Assembly (NCBI GenBank): GCA_013239625.1
Contig: MU053431.1
Span: 2,570,485 to 2,634,484, forward strand
DNA from: Lama guanicoe
Taxonomy: Eukaryota
DNA length: 64,000 bases
Reading direction: 5' to 3'
A program made the position numbers and the translations under genes. Below, one piece after another: positions 1 to 14,165 of the stretch (within the stretch, counting starts at the first letter, position 1; each line of letters opens with the position of its first letter). The notes beneath the pieces are model-generated. The model worked only from the letters and a program-made list of their open reading frames with translations. It was not told the DNA's origin and made no database searches.

Positions 1-3000
1 AATTTTATCTAAGGTGGGAGTTTGCTTCTGAAGTCAGGTTGTAAAATGAGCATGCTAAGCTTGGATATAATCACCCTTGAAGAATTCCTTAGCTCTTTTA
101 TAACATACTTTGTACAGGGCTTGGAGCGTATAATGCTCGAGGCAAACTGTATCTCAGCCAGGGAAGGCAGCCAGTTCTACAGTAAGGAAACAGGTCCCTG
201 TGTCCTCAGGGGACAGGTGTGACAACAGCCTTCACACCAGAAGCCGGAGGAGAGTCAGCTCCCTGCCATGCCATGGCGGGTCTCGAGGTGCCCTCGGTGT
301 AGCGTTTGCAGCCTTCCCCGGTGGGCTCATTGTTTTGTTCCGGTTGGATGGTCAGCTCAGAGCACTCTAGAGCTGCAGACTCTCCTGCTCTGTCACAGTC
401 CCTCTGCTCTGTATCTCAGCAGAATCTGTGCTAGACTTTCTTCCTGAAAGAGGACAAGACTGGCGCTCATGTGATGGGGCCCCGCTAAAATGGGGGTCAC
501 AGTACCAGCCCTTACTTCCTGGTGGGGATGCAGGAGACGATAAATGGGAAGTATGTCATCAGCTGGTGACAAAGAGGCTGGAAAACGGTAATAGTCATGT
601 TTTGTGAAAATGCTGCCCCTGATTTAAGAGAGGGAACTGTTATGCCTTTGCTGTCCTGATACCAGGGCCAGCTCTCAGATAATGACATCCCCCGAAGAGG
701 ATTAACAGTAGTCTGTCACTGGGAATTCAGCTGGGAAGATTTAAGGATTAGATTAACAAACAACCTTTAGTTTAGATTTCCTCTTTCGGCATTCTTTCTA
801 TTAATTTTGTTTGAGTATGTTGTAACAGGGAAATGGTACATTGTGCCTCAGTTCTTGGTACTGGCAGACATTTAATAGATTTAGGTCTTTAGCAGGCAAG
901 AATTGTTTCAGATTCTCAGAGTGTTACAGACGGACTGGTAGTTAACATTGAAACTGCAGAAATGAAGCACAGCAACTATTCTCTGAAGAGAGTGCGTGGT
1001 GAGACCAGGTTTGGGATGTCACTGAAAATTTGAGTGGTTTCCTTTTCAAGAGTCTTCAGTATACGTTGAAGGCCCACTTCAGTCCAAAATCACTCTCCAT
1101 TGTATATTTATCTACGTAACTGGTTTTTAAAACTTAATTCTGTAGCGGAAACCTTAGTCTTATATTCGTGACGTATCTAACCCAACTAATATTTTTTTAA
1201 GCTGTGTGAAACTGTGAGTGGTCAGTGACTATTCCTTGAATGTATGAATGTAAAGGAATCTTATTCATCGTGGGTTATTTACAGTTTTATTGTCCTTTAT
1301 AAATTTTTCTGCACTGAACTTGTAACACTGGTGAACATGGGGGTTTACAAGATGAAGCTTACAGTCATTTGCTGTCTCCATTGTTGTGTTCTAAGGAATT
1401 CTATGCCAATTGGTTATAAAGTCTCAGTCCTGGGAGTCAGAGGATTGGAATGCTGACTTGCTACCCCTGTGGCTGTGCCCCACCCTGGCTATCTCTGGGA
1501 TGGCCAGCCGTTTCTTAGAGACCTCTCCCTGCCCTGTGCCTCTGTCTTTTTCCCTGGATGGAGTGGAAGTGTGTTACAGTGAAAGCATCAGAAATGAAAT
1601 CCCCTGTGCTGGGCTGACCCTGCATTACCTCAGAGTTCAGGTGCTCAGAGCCCAAGACCATGGGCCCCCATCCCAGCCCCAGCTAGAGTGGAGGCTCCCA
1701 GCCCGGCCTGGCTGGACTGGCTCTCCAGAGGGAGCATGTGCCGCCGCTGGCTCTGGCTTTTCCTTCTATTGTTGGACGGGCTTAGCAGCATAGCAAATGT
1801 TTGATTTTTGAGCTAGGCGGCCCCCTTAAAGTTTTCTTTATTATTAAATAGGGGTGTCTTTAATTGTGAGGGGGTTTCTCTAACATAAATAATGAAAAAT
1901 TTTGGGTCAAAGAGTGCAGACTTTATTATTTTTGCCGTATATTACCAAATTTATGTTCTGTCTGGCACTGTGTGTCTTGTCTTCTTCACGACACAGGATT
2001 TTAACACTTTATATTTTGCTGCTCAGTTAGCTACTGTTTTGCTATTAGAATCTTGAGGGTTTTTTGTTTTCGTTTTTCTTTTTTGCCAGTTGCAGTAAAT
2101 TTTGCTGTGTCCTTTAAAATAAGAATTTTAAGTAAATTAAAATAAGAAATAAAGGGTGATAATTTAGTGGTAAATGGACTTTTTAAGGTGCATGAAACCG
2201 TTCCACAGCTGTTTTTTAAAATTAACTGAAAAAGAAGTTGTGTTCTGGACAGTGGTTTTTACTGGACTGTATTTATCTTTTACTTTGAATCATGAGGCTC
2301 ATCGCATGTCAAGTTAAAAATGCAGTTTAATGCTCCAGTTTCATTTTGAGATGAGACTAGAATGCCTACAATTTAAGGGTCATCTATGAAGTATTCCTTA
2401 ACTTGACCAAGCAAAGTTGTCTCCTGTTTGAAACAGTATGTTTTCTCCTGAAATTCTCTTAGAGGATGCCCCCCACGGCAGGCCCCCCTGTAATGACCTG
2501 TTCGTGAGCAGACCAGGGCTGTAGTCTCTTGGACAGTCCTGCAGGGAGCGCTCGCCCGGCTGTGAGGACACAGGGACCGAGCTCTCCATGTTTCCTCTGG
2601 TGATGCCGCCACACACTGTAGAGTGACAGCACAGGGTTTACCTCCTAAAATGCCGTTTCTGTGGGTATCGTTTTCTCTTGCGTCGTTCTGCCTAGTTGGG
2701 TGATCCCAGCTGATGGTTACCAGCAGCGTCCCTGTCCTGGTGAGCAGCGTCAACCTGGCTCCTACACTTGTTTCATCTGCCCCACCTCTTCTTTTATAAA
2801 AATCACCCCATGACAGGGGTGGCCATAACATACCACCGGAGGGGCTGTCCAGGTGGCCAAGTGGGCCAGCCTGTCCAGCTGCTCTTAACTCCCTCTCGTC
2901 CTCACTCAGGCCCATGGGTTGCAGTGCAGGTAGTGTTCAGGACACCGGTGGGCTCTTGGACATGCTCTCCTTTGGGGGAACTGTGCCAGCCTTCACAAGC

Positions 3001-3589
3001 CTCTGTGGTTTAGACCTTCTGCTTGTGGCACACCTTAAACTGAGCACAGAGTCCCAGGGTGCCGTGAGGCAAAGCTGTCAGTCCATCAGACCCACACGCT
3101 GCTCCCTGGAGGAGCCAGTGCACGTGTCCCTCTCTCACCCCAGAAGGGCTGTCCAGCCCACCTGTTTGTGGTGGCCACAGCGGTGGAGGCTGTTTCGGTG
3201 ACAGCAGCTTGGTGCGGCCTTGCCTGATTAGCTGTTAGCCCGCTAGAGCTTTGAAGGCAGGTCTTTTTCTGTATTTTTAAGAAGTAAGTGACAATAAGGC
3301 AAAGTTTTGAACTATGGATTTTACATCTAAGATGCATGTAACAATAATTATATTGTGTTCAACCTGAGAAATAAAGTATTACCAACATGACTTTTATTCA
3401 GCATTATAAACTTTGTCTATGTATGTATTTATTTTACTTTAAAAGCACAGTGAAGGGTTAATATAGTACCTTATTCAGATAAGGTTTGTATGTTAGTACA
3501 AGAAGATAAGGTATTTGTGCTCAGGGCAGGGAAAAATTACTCCCATCTGTAGAACAGTTACTGAGAATCAGTCAAGTTGTTCAGCACTT

Positions 3590-3890
3590 GGTAGTCAGAC
3601 TTGGATTTGAATCCCAGCCCTGTCATCCTGGCAAAGTGACCTCTAGAGGGGTCACTCAGTGTTTCTGAGCCTTAGTCTTCTCGTCTGTAAATTGGAGCTC
3701 ACAACAGTAGTAGCTAATGTTTATTGTGTCCCTGGCACTGTTCTGAGCACTCGACACGAGCTGGCTCACAGACACACCATGCTAGACTGTTTCCATCCCC
3801 AGTGGACAGAGGGGAGTAATGTGCCCAGGTCACTAAGCCAGTGAGTGGCAGAGCTAGGTTCCAGCCCAGACAGGTGGCCCCAGAGCTGCC
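3590..3890. mobile_element. Two MIR fragments in opposite orientations
   Basis: ggatttgaatcccagc...ctgagccttagtcttctcgtctgtaaattgg (MIR core) and gcccaggtcac...gtgagtggcagagctagg. Confidence 0.6.
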
Positions 3891-5930
3891 CTCCCACCCC
3901 CCGCCCACCCCCCACCCCGTCCACCATCCCCCCTNNNNNNNNNNNNNNNNNNNNNNNNNNNNNNNNNNNNNNNNNNNNNNNNNNNNNNNNNNNNNNNNNN
4001 NNNNNNNNNNNNNNNNNNNNNNNNNNNNNNNNNNNNNNNNNNCCTCCCACCCCCCACCCACGGCACTGAGCACCTACCTGTCCAGCAGACTTCTTGGGTC
4101 CAGAGCAGGTGATCCCCTAAACGCCTGCGCATGGTAAGTGCTCCCTGGAGCGTAGCTACTAGGTTGGTACAGTTGGAGCAGTAATCACAGGTTCTGTCAC
4201 CAGTACAGCTGTGACAGTGTGTGCATGTGTTTGACACTTGCTGCTGGTTTTTGTTTTGTTTTTTTTTGATGGTTAATCATTTCTCTTTAATATATTCCTA
4301 TTCTTTTTTCATTTCCTCTGGCCATTGCCCCTCATGCTTGGCGCTCCCAGCTGGGAGCTTGCATGGGAGCTTTTGCCTGCACAAACTGGGGCTTACATTA
4401 AAATTCTGTTTTCTTGCTCCAAATGGAGAATGCAGTTCTTGAATGACCATTTACACTGTCACGACTCTGGATGGGAGTGTGGTCTCCAACCCTGACTTCT
4501 CTGAGGGACCAGTTGTAAACTCTGACTGGTATGAGGGCTGTGCCTGGCTTCTGTTGCTGTGTTACCAGCTGCACAGCTGTCCTGTGCCTCACCTGGCCTG
4601 CACTCGCCATAGGACCGGTTGTTTCTGACTTTGTCTTGCGAGGTTTCTTCCTTGGTTGTTGATGTAATCAGGTTGTGTATATTTCCTTGATTCCGTTTTG
4701 GTAAAGTACACACCTTCAGAGTACCCTTCATTCGACTGACTTATTATTTAATAAATTTAAAGTGTATTCAACTTTAAAAGTAGACTCCTCCACCACTGAC
4801 ACTCACTGCGCCTGATGTCAGGCGCCTCTTCATCCAGCTTGTCCCAGTGTAACTGGTGCACCGTGTACTTGGCTTCACACTGGCTCTGGTGGAATAGCTC
4901 GACCTGATTGTGGTTGCAGGGAGCTGGCCGCTCTGAAGCCGTGTCCATCTGCTTCATCAGGGCCGTCCACCAGTGGGAAGCAGTGGGCTGGGCACCTCCC
5001 TGGGAACTTTGGCACAGAACGGCCCTAGCTAGGGTATCACACTGCAGGCAGTCATGCAGTTTCTCCAGATGCATTCTGGGACATGTTCCTGTTGGAGACA
5101 GAAGACATTGTGGCCACATCTGTCGCATTTTATGAACTCTGTGTGTGTCTTAAGCTTCCATTCGTCCTGGAGTCAGCCCTGTTGGGCCATCCAGCCCACT
5201 CAGTGGGAGCAGAGTGGGCTGAAGGGGTTCTCTGGGTTGAAGAGTGCTGTGACTTCCATATCCTGAGACGGCAGGTTTGCGAGGTTAGAACCAACAACCA
5301 GAAAGCTCCACTGCTCATTACTTCTATGAGAAACACTTTTGTCTCCCACTGTCTCATTTCATGTTTAGGCTTGGGAATATGTTAAGCTTTTCTGGAAACT
5401 TTTGGTCACAGCAGTGATCTGTCCTAGAATCTTTTTTTAGGTGCATAGGTGAGTACCTGTTGACTCCAGTGCTGTGATGGTGGAAATGTCGCTTGTATCT
5501 ATCTCTCTGTCATGTTCTGGGTGTTGGGGTTCTAGCTTATTTGGCCCCCTTTACGCAGAAGGGTTGGAAACTTCGTTAGGCAGTCTGCCCTGCCGTCACG
5601 CCCAGGACCTCACATCATGTCCCACGGGTTCATTCTCTGCTGTCTGCACCCAGGGGTACAGTAGGCAGGGCCAGGGGCAAGGTTGGAAGTAAGGTGCTCC
5701 CTTCCAAACTGGCTTGTAGGTGGCTTGTAGGTAACCTCCTTTCTGAGTAATGGGCTTTTGAGAATGTTCACTTTTTGACTTTCCTTCTATTTAAACACAT
5801 ATTTATAGTTCTTTTGCTCAACTTCTGACCTCCTCTTCCTTTTGACTTATTGTATGTAAGCATCAGTTCACGAAAGAAAATCCCTGTTTGGTTTCTGGAC
5901 AGAAGTCAATACTGATGAAAGTAATTCAGC

Positions 5931-6071
5931 GGGGAGGACACAGCTCAGGGGTAGAGCCCATGCTCAGCTGCACAATGTCCTGGGCTCAATCCCCAGTCCC
6001 TCCATTAAACAAAGAAACAAACAAACAAACAAACCTCGCTATGTCCTTTTCCCCTCACTCCCCTCCCCAGA
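5931..6071 (+). mobile_element. tRNA-Ala-derived SINE (Vic-1-like) with 13-bp TSD
   Basis: A-box/B-box-like head (agctcaggggtagagc...gggctcaatcccc), (AAAC)n tract, TSD AAAGTAATTCAGC at 5918-5930 and 6072-6084. Confidence 0.85.
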
Positions 6072-6700
6072 AAAGTAATTCAGCAAACATTTACTGAGGG
6101 TTCTGCAGGACTTGGGTTCTCACTAACGTTGTCACCTAGAAGGGCTTCCAGTGCTGGGTGGTTCTGGTTTCTTGGCAACCATCACACCCTCTTGCACGAG
6201 TGGTTTTAAACATTTAGGAGACCCAACGTTCTGGTGTGGCCTTGGGCTGAGCATTTCCATTCTCCCTCAGGACCCTGGAATGAATCAGCGTCATCATAGT
6301 GTTGATCCTTTTTATGTGCTGTTGGATTCTGTCTGCTGATATTTTGTTGAGGATTTCTGCATCTGTAAGAATTTAGGAATTCTTTACATTTGAAATTCAT
6401 TTTAAGCTAGCGTGAAGGTAACGGAAGACTGTGGCAGCTGGCATCATCCCTTTATGCCTTCCGTGTTTGTTGACTCTTGCTTGTCATTTCCTCAGATATG
6501 TCTCTGGAGCTCATTGGTGGCCAGTTCCTCCTGTTCTGACGTGTATTAATTAATATTTTCCTTTTGGAATATCCATAAGTGGATTCAGTTTTCTTTTTCC
6601 AAGCCTTGCCCTGTGTTCAGGGTCTGTCCCTGCAGCAGCAGCAGTCGGCCCCCTGTTGCCCAAGGCTGGGGCAGCAGACTGCTGCTTGAGTATCTGGCAG

Positions 6701-6822
6701 ATTTTTTTTAGTGGGGAGAGTATTAGGTTTATTCATCTATTTAATGGAGGCACTGGGGATTGAACCCAGGACCTCGTGTATGGTAAGCTTGTACTCTACC
6801 CCTGAGCTGTGCCCTCCCCCCC
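6701..6822 (-). mobile_element. tRNA-Ala-derived SINE (Vic-1-like)
   Basis: ggggattgaacccaggacctcgtg...ctctacccctgagct is the reverse complement of the tRNA-like head; T-rich tail. Confidence 0.85.
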
Positions 6823-8779
6823 GAAGATTCCTTTAAAGAAGAGAAGCCAGCTGTCTTTGGAACATCAGTTGCATTTTGTCTTTTGTATTTTTCTTTTTAG
6901 CAAAGCTCTTCATTTGTGGGGCTGGGTCCCGGGTGGAGGAGGCAGAGCAGCAGTGCCTGCCCAGGCTGCGCTCCGCGTGTCCCCAAGGTGCTTGGTGGTG
7001 GCCACTCACCTCGGAGGCTGTGTCTTGTGGGCTGTGCCATGGCCCTGCTTCCTGACTCATCACCTAAGGAGTCGCCTGTTCCTTTTGCCCTGACTCAAGG
7101 CAGCAGCATCTTTGTCTCCCATGTGAGGTGACTCTGTCTTGGTCCACCAGTGACACACATGGTCATCTCACCACCTGGAGGGTTTTGGCCTTTCCTCCTC
7201 CTCCTTTGGCTTTTGTTGTCTGTCCTTTTACCTTTAGGTTGTCAATGCAGAGAAATTTACGTTGTATTTTGTAACCACAAAGTTGCTTGTCTGTAAGCTT
7301 ATTGCTGAAAAATCCATAAAGTGCTTCTACTATTTGTTCTACTATTTGTATTTGTTGCAGAGCCTGGGTCCTGGCCCTGATGGCGTTTTCTATCTAGAGT
7401 AGTGCCCCTCTCTCCCCAGGCTACTTAAAGCCTTTTTCTTACATGATTAGCCCTTTTCTTAGCTTCTCTGTTTCCAGACTGCCCATCATTTGATGTATTA
7501 TCTTTGTGGCCTGAAACTTTCCCCTGGGCACCCTGTCCTCCTGCCCCTGGCGACCCAGTGGCTTTCAAGGCTGCCTGTCCAGCCACATTCCTGGGATGAC
7601 CCACAGGGAGTGAGGAGGCCGGAGAGCGCAGCGTGGCCGCCCTGGAACCTCTGTATCTCAGAGGAGGTCCCCAGAGACAGCGAGAAGTCCTTGATGTGGC
7701 CTTCACTCCACTCCTGACGGCATTGCTCAGCAATACCACCAGACTTCCGGCCCGAGAGCCTGGGCTTGGGGATGCTGGGAGGAAGCCTCTGCGTGCCAAG
7801 GCGGTGCGGCTCTGATTGCTTTTGAAACCCTCTCGTCCAAGAGGACATTTGCATTAAAGCACAATTGTTTTAAGTAGTAGTATTTAGTGATGTGTGTAGA
7901 AATCCCAGAGAATTTGTTGCTTTTGTAAAAATGTTTGAGACTACCTCAGATAATTTCAGAGGTTTTTGAATAAAATATGCTAAGAAAGGAACAAAATAGC
8001 CCCCAAATAGATCTCACACGCTGCTGTTGTGGTAACGCGGAGGCACGCTGCAGGTGCAGGGAAGACAGGCCATTCTGCGGGGCTTCTGGGGCTTTGGGCG
8101 CTGCTGTCCCTCCGAGAGCTGAAGCTGGGTGCATCTCATGCTGGGCCCACACTGACTCCAGATGAAGCAGATTACCTGTAGATGCCAAAACTTGAAAGTG
8201 TAGGAGAATTTACTTTTGATCTTGGGATTGAGAAGGGTTTATTGAACAAAAAAGAAAAAAAATAGGTAAGTTCACAAAGATTTGACATATTCAGTTACCT
8301 AAAAATTAAGAAATTGTGAGACCTGTTGCAAAATAATGTGTGTATACTTAACACCGCTGACTGCACTTACAAGTGGTGGTGATGGCAAATTTCATGGTTT
8401 TTACTACAGTAGAAAATGTGAGCTTGTGTTCGCAATAAGTAAGAAGAGGTGGGTGGAGATCGAGGGTCAGCAGTGCCAGTCATAGCAGCGGCGTGGTCAT
8501 CGGGGCGGCGGTGGGCTTACCTGCCCGTTCTCTGGGACCCTTAAGCTCCCCTGTCAGTTACACACCCTACAACAGTTCTTTAGGAAGAGGGGAACAATTC
8601 TTTTGTGCTGAGGGACCAGATTTTATTTTTCTTAATTTCCAATCTGTCGTAGACTGATAGTTTTGTAAACTAAAATGAAAATGACTAACTAGAAAAATAA
8701 ATCACAAATAAAACAAAACAAATGCAAGCCCAGATTTTCTTTTAATTTTTAAAATAAACACAATAAAATTGACCTTTTT

Positions 8780-10691
8780 TTAAAAAATTGAAGTATAGTT
8801 GACTTACAATGTTGTGTTAGTTTCAGGCATACAGCAATGTGATTCAGTAATATATGTATATGTTTTCATATTCTTTTACATTATGGTTTATTACAGAATA
8901 TGGAATGTAGTTCCCTTGTGATTTATTTTATGTGTAGTAGTTTTGTCTGCTAATCCAAACTCCTCATTTACCGCTCTCCCACACCCTTTCCCCTTTGGTA
9001 ACGGTAAGTTTGTTTTCTGTCTGTCAGTCTGTTTCTGTTTTGTAAATAAGTTCGTTTGTATCATTTTTTTAGATTCCACATGTGATATTCGTCTTTCTCT
9101 GCCTGACTTTCTTCACTTAGTATGATCATCTCTAGGTCCATGTTGCTGCAGATGGCAATATTTCATTCTTTTTTATGTCTGAGTAACATTCTGTTTTGTG
9201 CGTGTGTGTGTGTACACTACATTTTTATCCAGCCATCTGTCGATGGACATTTAGGTTGTTTCCATGTCTTGGCTATTGTAAACAGTGCTGCAATGAACAC
9301 TGTGGTGCAGGTGTCTTTTCAAATCAGGGTTTTCATCTTCCAGATAGATGCCCAGGAGTGGGGCTGCTGGATCATACGGTAAGTATTTTTAGTTTTTTAA
9401 GGAACCTCCGTACTGTCCTCCGTAGTGGCTGCCCCAGTTTACATTCCCACCAGCGGTGCAGGAGGGCTCCCTTTTCTCGACACCCTCTCCAGCATTTATC
9501 ATTTGTAGGCCTTTTGATGATGACTGGTGTGAGGTGATACCTCATTATAGTTCTGATTTCACTGCTCTTAATAGTTAGTGATGTTGAGCATCTTTTCATG
9601 TGCCCATTGGCCATCTGTATGTCTTGTTTGGAGAAATGTCTGTTTAGGTCTGTCCGTTGTTTGATTGGGTTGTTTGTTTTTTTGTTACTGAGTTATATGA
9701 GCTGGTTGTATATTTTGGAAATTAAGCCCTTGTTGGTGACATCATCTGCAAGTGTTTTCTCCCATCCTGGAGGTTGTCTTTGCGTTTTGTTGATGGTTTC
9801 CTTTGCTGTGCAGAAGCTTGTCAGTTTGATTACGTCCCATACGTTTATTTTTGCTTTTATTTTTATTGCTTTGGGAGACTGACCTAAGACAACGCTGCTG
9901 CAGTTTATGTCAGAGAATGTTTTGCCTGTGTTCTCTTCTAGGAGTTTTATGGTGTCTCGTCTGATATTTAAGTCTTCAGGCCATTTTGAGTTTATTTTTG
10001 TATATGGTGTCAGGGGGTCTTCTAACGTCATTAATTCACAAAGTCAGGCTGTCCAGCTTTCCTAACACCACTTGCTGAAGAGACTGTCTTTTCTCCATTG
10101 TATAGTCTTGCCTCCTTTGTCGAAGATCAAGATGAATTGGCCATAGGTGTGTGGGTTTATTTCTGGGCTCTGTATTCTGCTCCATTGATCTATGTATGTT
10201 TTTTGTGCCAGTACTGCACTGTTTTGATTACTGTAGCTTTGTAGTGCTGTCTGAAGTCTGGGAGGGCTGTGCCTCCAGTGTTCAGATTGCTTTGGCAATT
10301 CTGGGTCTTTCATGGTTCCATATAAATTGTAGGATTCTGTGCTCTAGTTCTGCGAAAACTGTCCTGGGTAATTTGATAGGGATTGTGTTAAATCTCTAGA
10401 TTGCTTTGGGTGCTGTGGCCATTTTAACAAAGTTAATTCTTCCAGTTCAGGAGCGTGAGGTGTCTTTCCATTCCCTTGCCTCATTTTCAGTTTGCTTTAT
10501 CGATGTTTTCACCTTCTAATATTTCATTGTTAGTAGGAAGAAAGGCAGCAGATTTCATTGCTTTGTGTGACGTTCTGTATGTTGATCTTGTGTCCTGCTG
10601 CCTTGGTGAACTCATTTGTCAGTTCTAGTAGTTTTGTCTAGAGTCTTTAGGGTTTTCTATAGATAGTACCACATCATTTGCATATAATGGT
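8780..10691 (-). mobile_element. 5'-truncated LINE-1 (3'UTR + degenerate ORF2 C-terminus) with 18-bp target-site duplication
   Basis: ORF2-like peptides ([31 protein letters not shown]...MRYHLTP...KCWRGC..K..LLH.WWECKL.QPL). TSD AATAAAATTGACCTTTTT at 8762-8779 and 10692-10709. Confidence 0.92.
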
Positions 10692-10709
10692 AATAAAATT
10701 GACCTTTTT

Positions 10710-11330
10710 GATGTACGCTTGTCTGATTGGTGTGACCATCGCCCGGCTCAGGGTGGGTCCGTCAGCCCCGCCCCCGCCCCCACGCTGCTGCGCGGGACAG
10801 CCTTACCTTCTCAGGAGCCACGGAGCGTGTAGCCTTTGGGGCTGGCCTCTCTCCATCAGCGTCAACGGAGCTCTGGGAATTGCTGGAGCTGTGTGGCATG
10901 TCCCGTTCCTGCTCACTGCCGAGTGGTGTTCCGTTGTGTTGACCTCTTCACTTGTTCTCCACTCACAAGGACATGCCTGCTGTTTGTGGGTTTGGCGTTT
11001 ATAAAACACTCGCGTACAGGTTTTCCGTGTGGACGTCAGTTCCCATTTCTTTTGAATACATGCTTAGGGGTGTGATTGCTGTGTCACATGAAAGCCTATT
11101 TTTAAGTTTATGGGACACTTTCAACCTCTTCCGAAGGGTGGCTGCCCCGTTTCGTGTCCCAGCAGCAGGAAGAGGGTGTTCGCCCCCACCCACAGCACTC
11201 GGTGCTGTAGCAGGTGTACAGTGGTAGCTTGTGTCGTTTTAATTTGCATTTCCCACATGAGTAATGATGTGGCGTGTCTTCTCCTGTGCGCGTTTGCTGT
11301 GACCCGTGGTTACGTCTGTTGACTTCTGCT
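10710..11330 (-). mobile_element. Older, more diverged L1 (L1M-type) 3' fragment
   Basis: Degenerate L1 3'-end wording (gagtggtgttccgttgtg; cccatttcttttgaatacatgcttagg; ttttaatttgcatttccc). Confidence 0.6.
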
Positions 11331-13834
11331 CCCATCGCTCGCGCAAGCCGGCACCCACTGGACCTTGCACTGCCCTAAAAGCCTTGCACACCAGGAATCG
11401 CTCAGGAGTGTTCAGGGGAGCCTAGTAATAGCAAGGCCTGGATATGACCCAGGCACCCTTCAGTGGAGGAATGGATCCATGAGAGTGGCCTGCCCCCAGG
11501 TGGAACTTGTCCGGTACTGGGGGCGAGCAAATTACAGCTACGTGCAGCGGTTTGAGTGATTCTTAGAGATATATTGAGTTTCAAAGGGGAGTCACAAGGC
11601 TGCATATATTGTGTTAAGTTTTTTTTAAGCTAAAAAAAGTTAAAGTAAGTAGTTTTTAGAGAGAAACATGAGGTGATTTTTTAAAGCAAAGAATTGTAGT
11701 AAACAATGCAGGAAGTTTCACAGTTATTGGTAATTTTCTGTTTTTCAAACTGAAGGGTGGGATCGTGGTGTTTGTCACTGTGCATCGTGACTTATGTTCC
11801 GTATATTCTTTTCTGTGCGTCAAGTATTACATGGTAAAATATTTAAAACAGCCAAAATAGCCTTCCTTTTTTTTTTTTCAGCCTTCCTTTTGAGATATTT
11901 CAAATCTGTTCTTCCAAAGTTGGCATATGATTTTTTCCTCCAGTAGTAGGTTGGATTCAACAGCAGCTCTTTATAAACAGCCCCTTCACGCTGAGACTGT
12001 ACCTGGAGACGCAGGAGTCAGAGTACACGTCTCTTTCCCCGAAGATCTTTAAGTCCTCTGAGGAGCACAGATGTGGCCCACGAGGACAGGTGTTTTTGTG
12101 TTTTATTTTGTTCACTGCTAAATCCCCAGCTTTGAGAGCAGAGCATGGCACCTGGCAGGTGCTTCGTGATCATTTGCTGAACAAGCAGGCAACACAGAAA
12201 CGCTCTGTAGAATGTGGTAGGCTCTGCTTTCTGTCCATGGAGCAGGTGACCAGGACAGGCCTTTCAGGACCGGGGTTGTTGCCACAGGGTCCCGAGGTCC
12301 CAGGAGGGCTCCCTGCACAGGAGAGGCCAGAGCGTAGAGGGGAGCTTGGGTCCTCAGGACTGGCTGCTGAGAGCGAATTGCCAGACCATGAGGCCCATGG
12401 GCGCAGTGGCTGGAAGGAGGCTGGGGTTGGGTGGGGCCTTCATCCAGAAGGACCTTGGAGGGCAGGCCAGGGAGCTGGGATTGGATGCTGCACCCAGTGG
12501 TCTGTTGGGAAGGACTTGAGTGTGGTGGTGACGGGCGCACAGCTGTGCTTCATGGGCCACCCTGGCCGCCACAAGGCAGGACTGATGTGTGTCCTTGGAA
12601 ACCCCTCCTGCCTGCCGGACCCTGCCTGTCATGCCAGGCAAGCTCTGTTGCCGAGCCCCTTGTTCCCTGCGTGTGTGCCCCGTGATGTGGAAGGAAGGGC
12701 CCTAGCACTGCTGTCAGCAGCACACACCAGGACGCGGTGCACGTGCCCCGCTGTTTGTTCTTAAAGGTGTGCTGCAACTACAGAAGATGCAGCCTCAGAT
12801 TGGGGCTCAACCTCCCGGCGTGAGGACCCAGAACGCAGCTGTGGCGGCAGCGCCCTGTGACAGTGGGTGCAGCACCGGCAGGCGCGGCTGTTCCCCGACA
12901 CACAGTTGAGCCTGGGGTGCCTTTGAAATTTAACTAAAACAGGTCTAGGAAACTCAGAATGTTGAGGTGCTGCTTCAAATAGCAGATGGTGGACTACTGG
13001 ACTCACTACCCCCACGACACACAGACATCTGGGGGGCTTGGACAGACAGACAGCGGAGGGGGTTGGACACACGGACACTGGAGCAGGTTGGACACAGCAA
13101 ACCGGCTCATCCCTGGACTGATGTTGGAGGAGACCTGGGTTCCTCCTGTGACACTCACGTGGGGCCTCTGCAGCCCTGAGCCTGGAGCTGTGTGTTTGTG
13201 GTACCAAGTGCTGGGAGGTGGAAGGAAACAGGAGTGACGGAGACGGCAGCTCACAGAAAACGAAAGAAATCTACGCTAGGAGGTTAGAACACTAACCAGG
13301 TGCAAAATGAGCGCTTTTCAGTTCATAGCACAGGGCTGCATTTTTAAGATGATCTTTTTTTTTCTATATTGGAGAAGTGTTTATTTCTTTTAAATCATTT
13401 GCGTATACCTGCTCATTGTAGAACTTCAGGAAAATAAAATATTAAGGTAACTGTTTTCAAAATTTGATTTTAATGATTTAAAAAACCGCACAAAACTTGA
13501 TTATTCTTTCTCCCCTTAACTATCTTCCACAGTCTGTTCCTGGGACCCTCCCAGACGCAGTTCTCAGTTTCACACCTACTAACAATGGTATCAGATCCAT
13601 TCATCTTTTGGTCACAAGGTTATGTCCCAACTGAGCATGAACTTGGAAGTGCGTATTTCCTGGCAGCAAACAGAATGCTAACTTTTGAGATGTGTGTGAA
13701 AATGATGTAGAAATTTAAATTTAATAAATTTGATGATTCTTACGTTTGAACAGCATTTATTTCATCTTCTGTCTCAAAATTATACGTTTGAATAGTTGTT
13801 CAGAACAGCTTTTTTTTTTTTAAAGAATAATACT

Positions 13835-13945
13835 TCTAAGACGGTAAGTATTTTAGGCTTTGTAAGTTGCACGGTCTCTGCTGAGAGCAGCCACAGACAG
13901 AGACAAAGGGGTGCGTCTGTGTCTCAGTGGAAGTGGTTTGTGAAC
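13835..13945. mobile_element. MER58A-like hAT-Charlie DNA transposon remnant
   Basis: gtaagtattttaggcttt...cacggtctctg...agcagccacagaca resembles the recalled MER58A consensus. Confidence 0.5.
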
Positions 13946-14165
13946 AAGCAGCCTATTCTGGAAGATTGGAGAATTTTATGTTTCATTTGGTTTTCTTGTA
14001 GTGTCTCATTTACACTGAGAACAGATCACTTTGAATTACAACAGAGCTCTTTTTACTGCAGGTAGAATTGACATTCAGTGAAAGGCACAGTCTTGCCTGG
14101 GTTTCAGTGAGTTTTAGTATATACACTCGTGAGATCACTGCCCCGATTAAATTAAGAATGTTCCT

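Noticed and set aside
9372..10313. Functional reverse-transcriptase gene
   Set aside because: Fragmented by frameshifts and stops; 5'-truncated dead L1.
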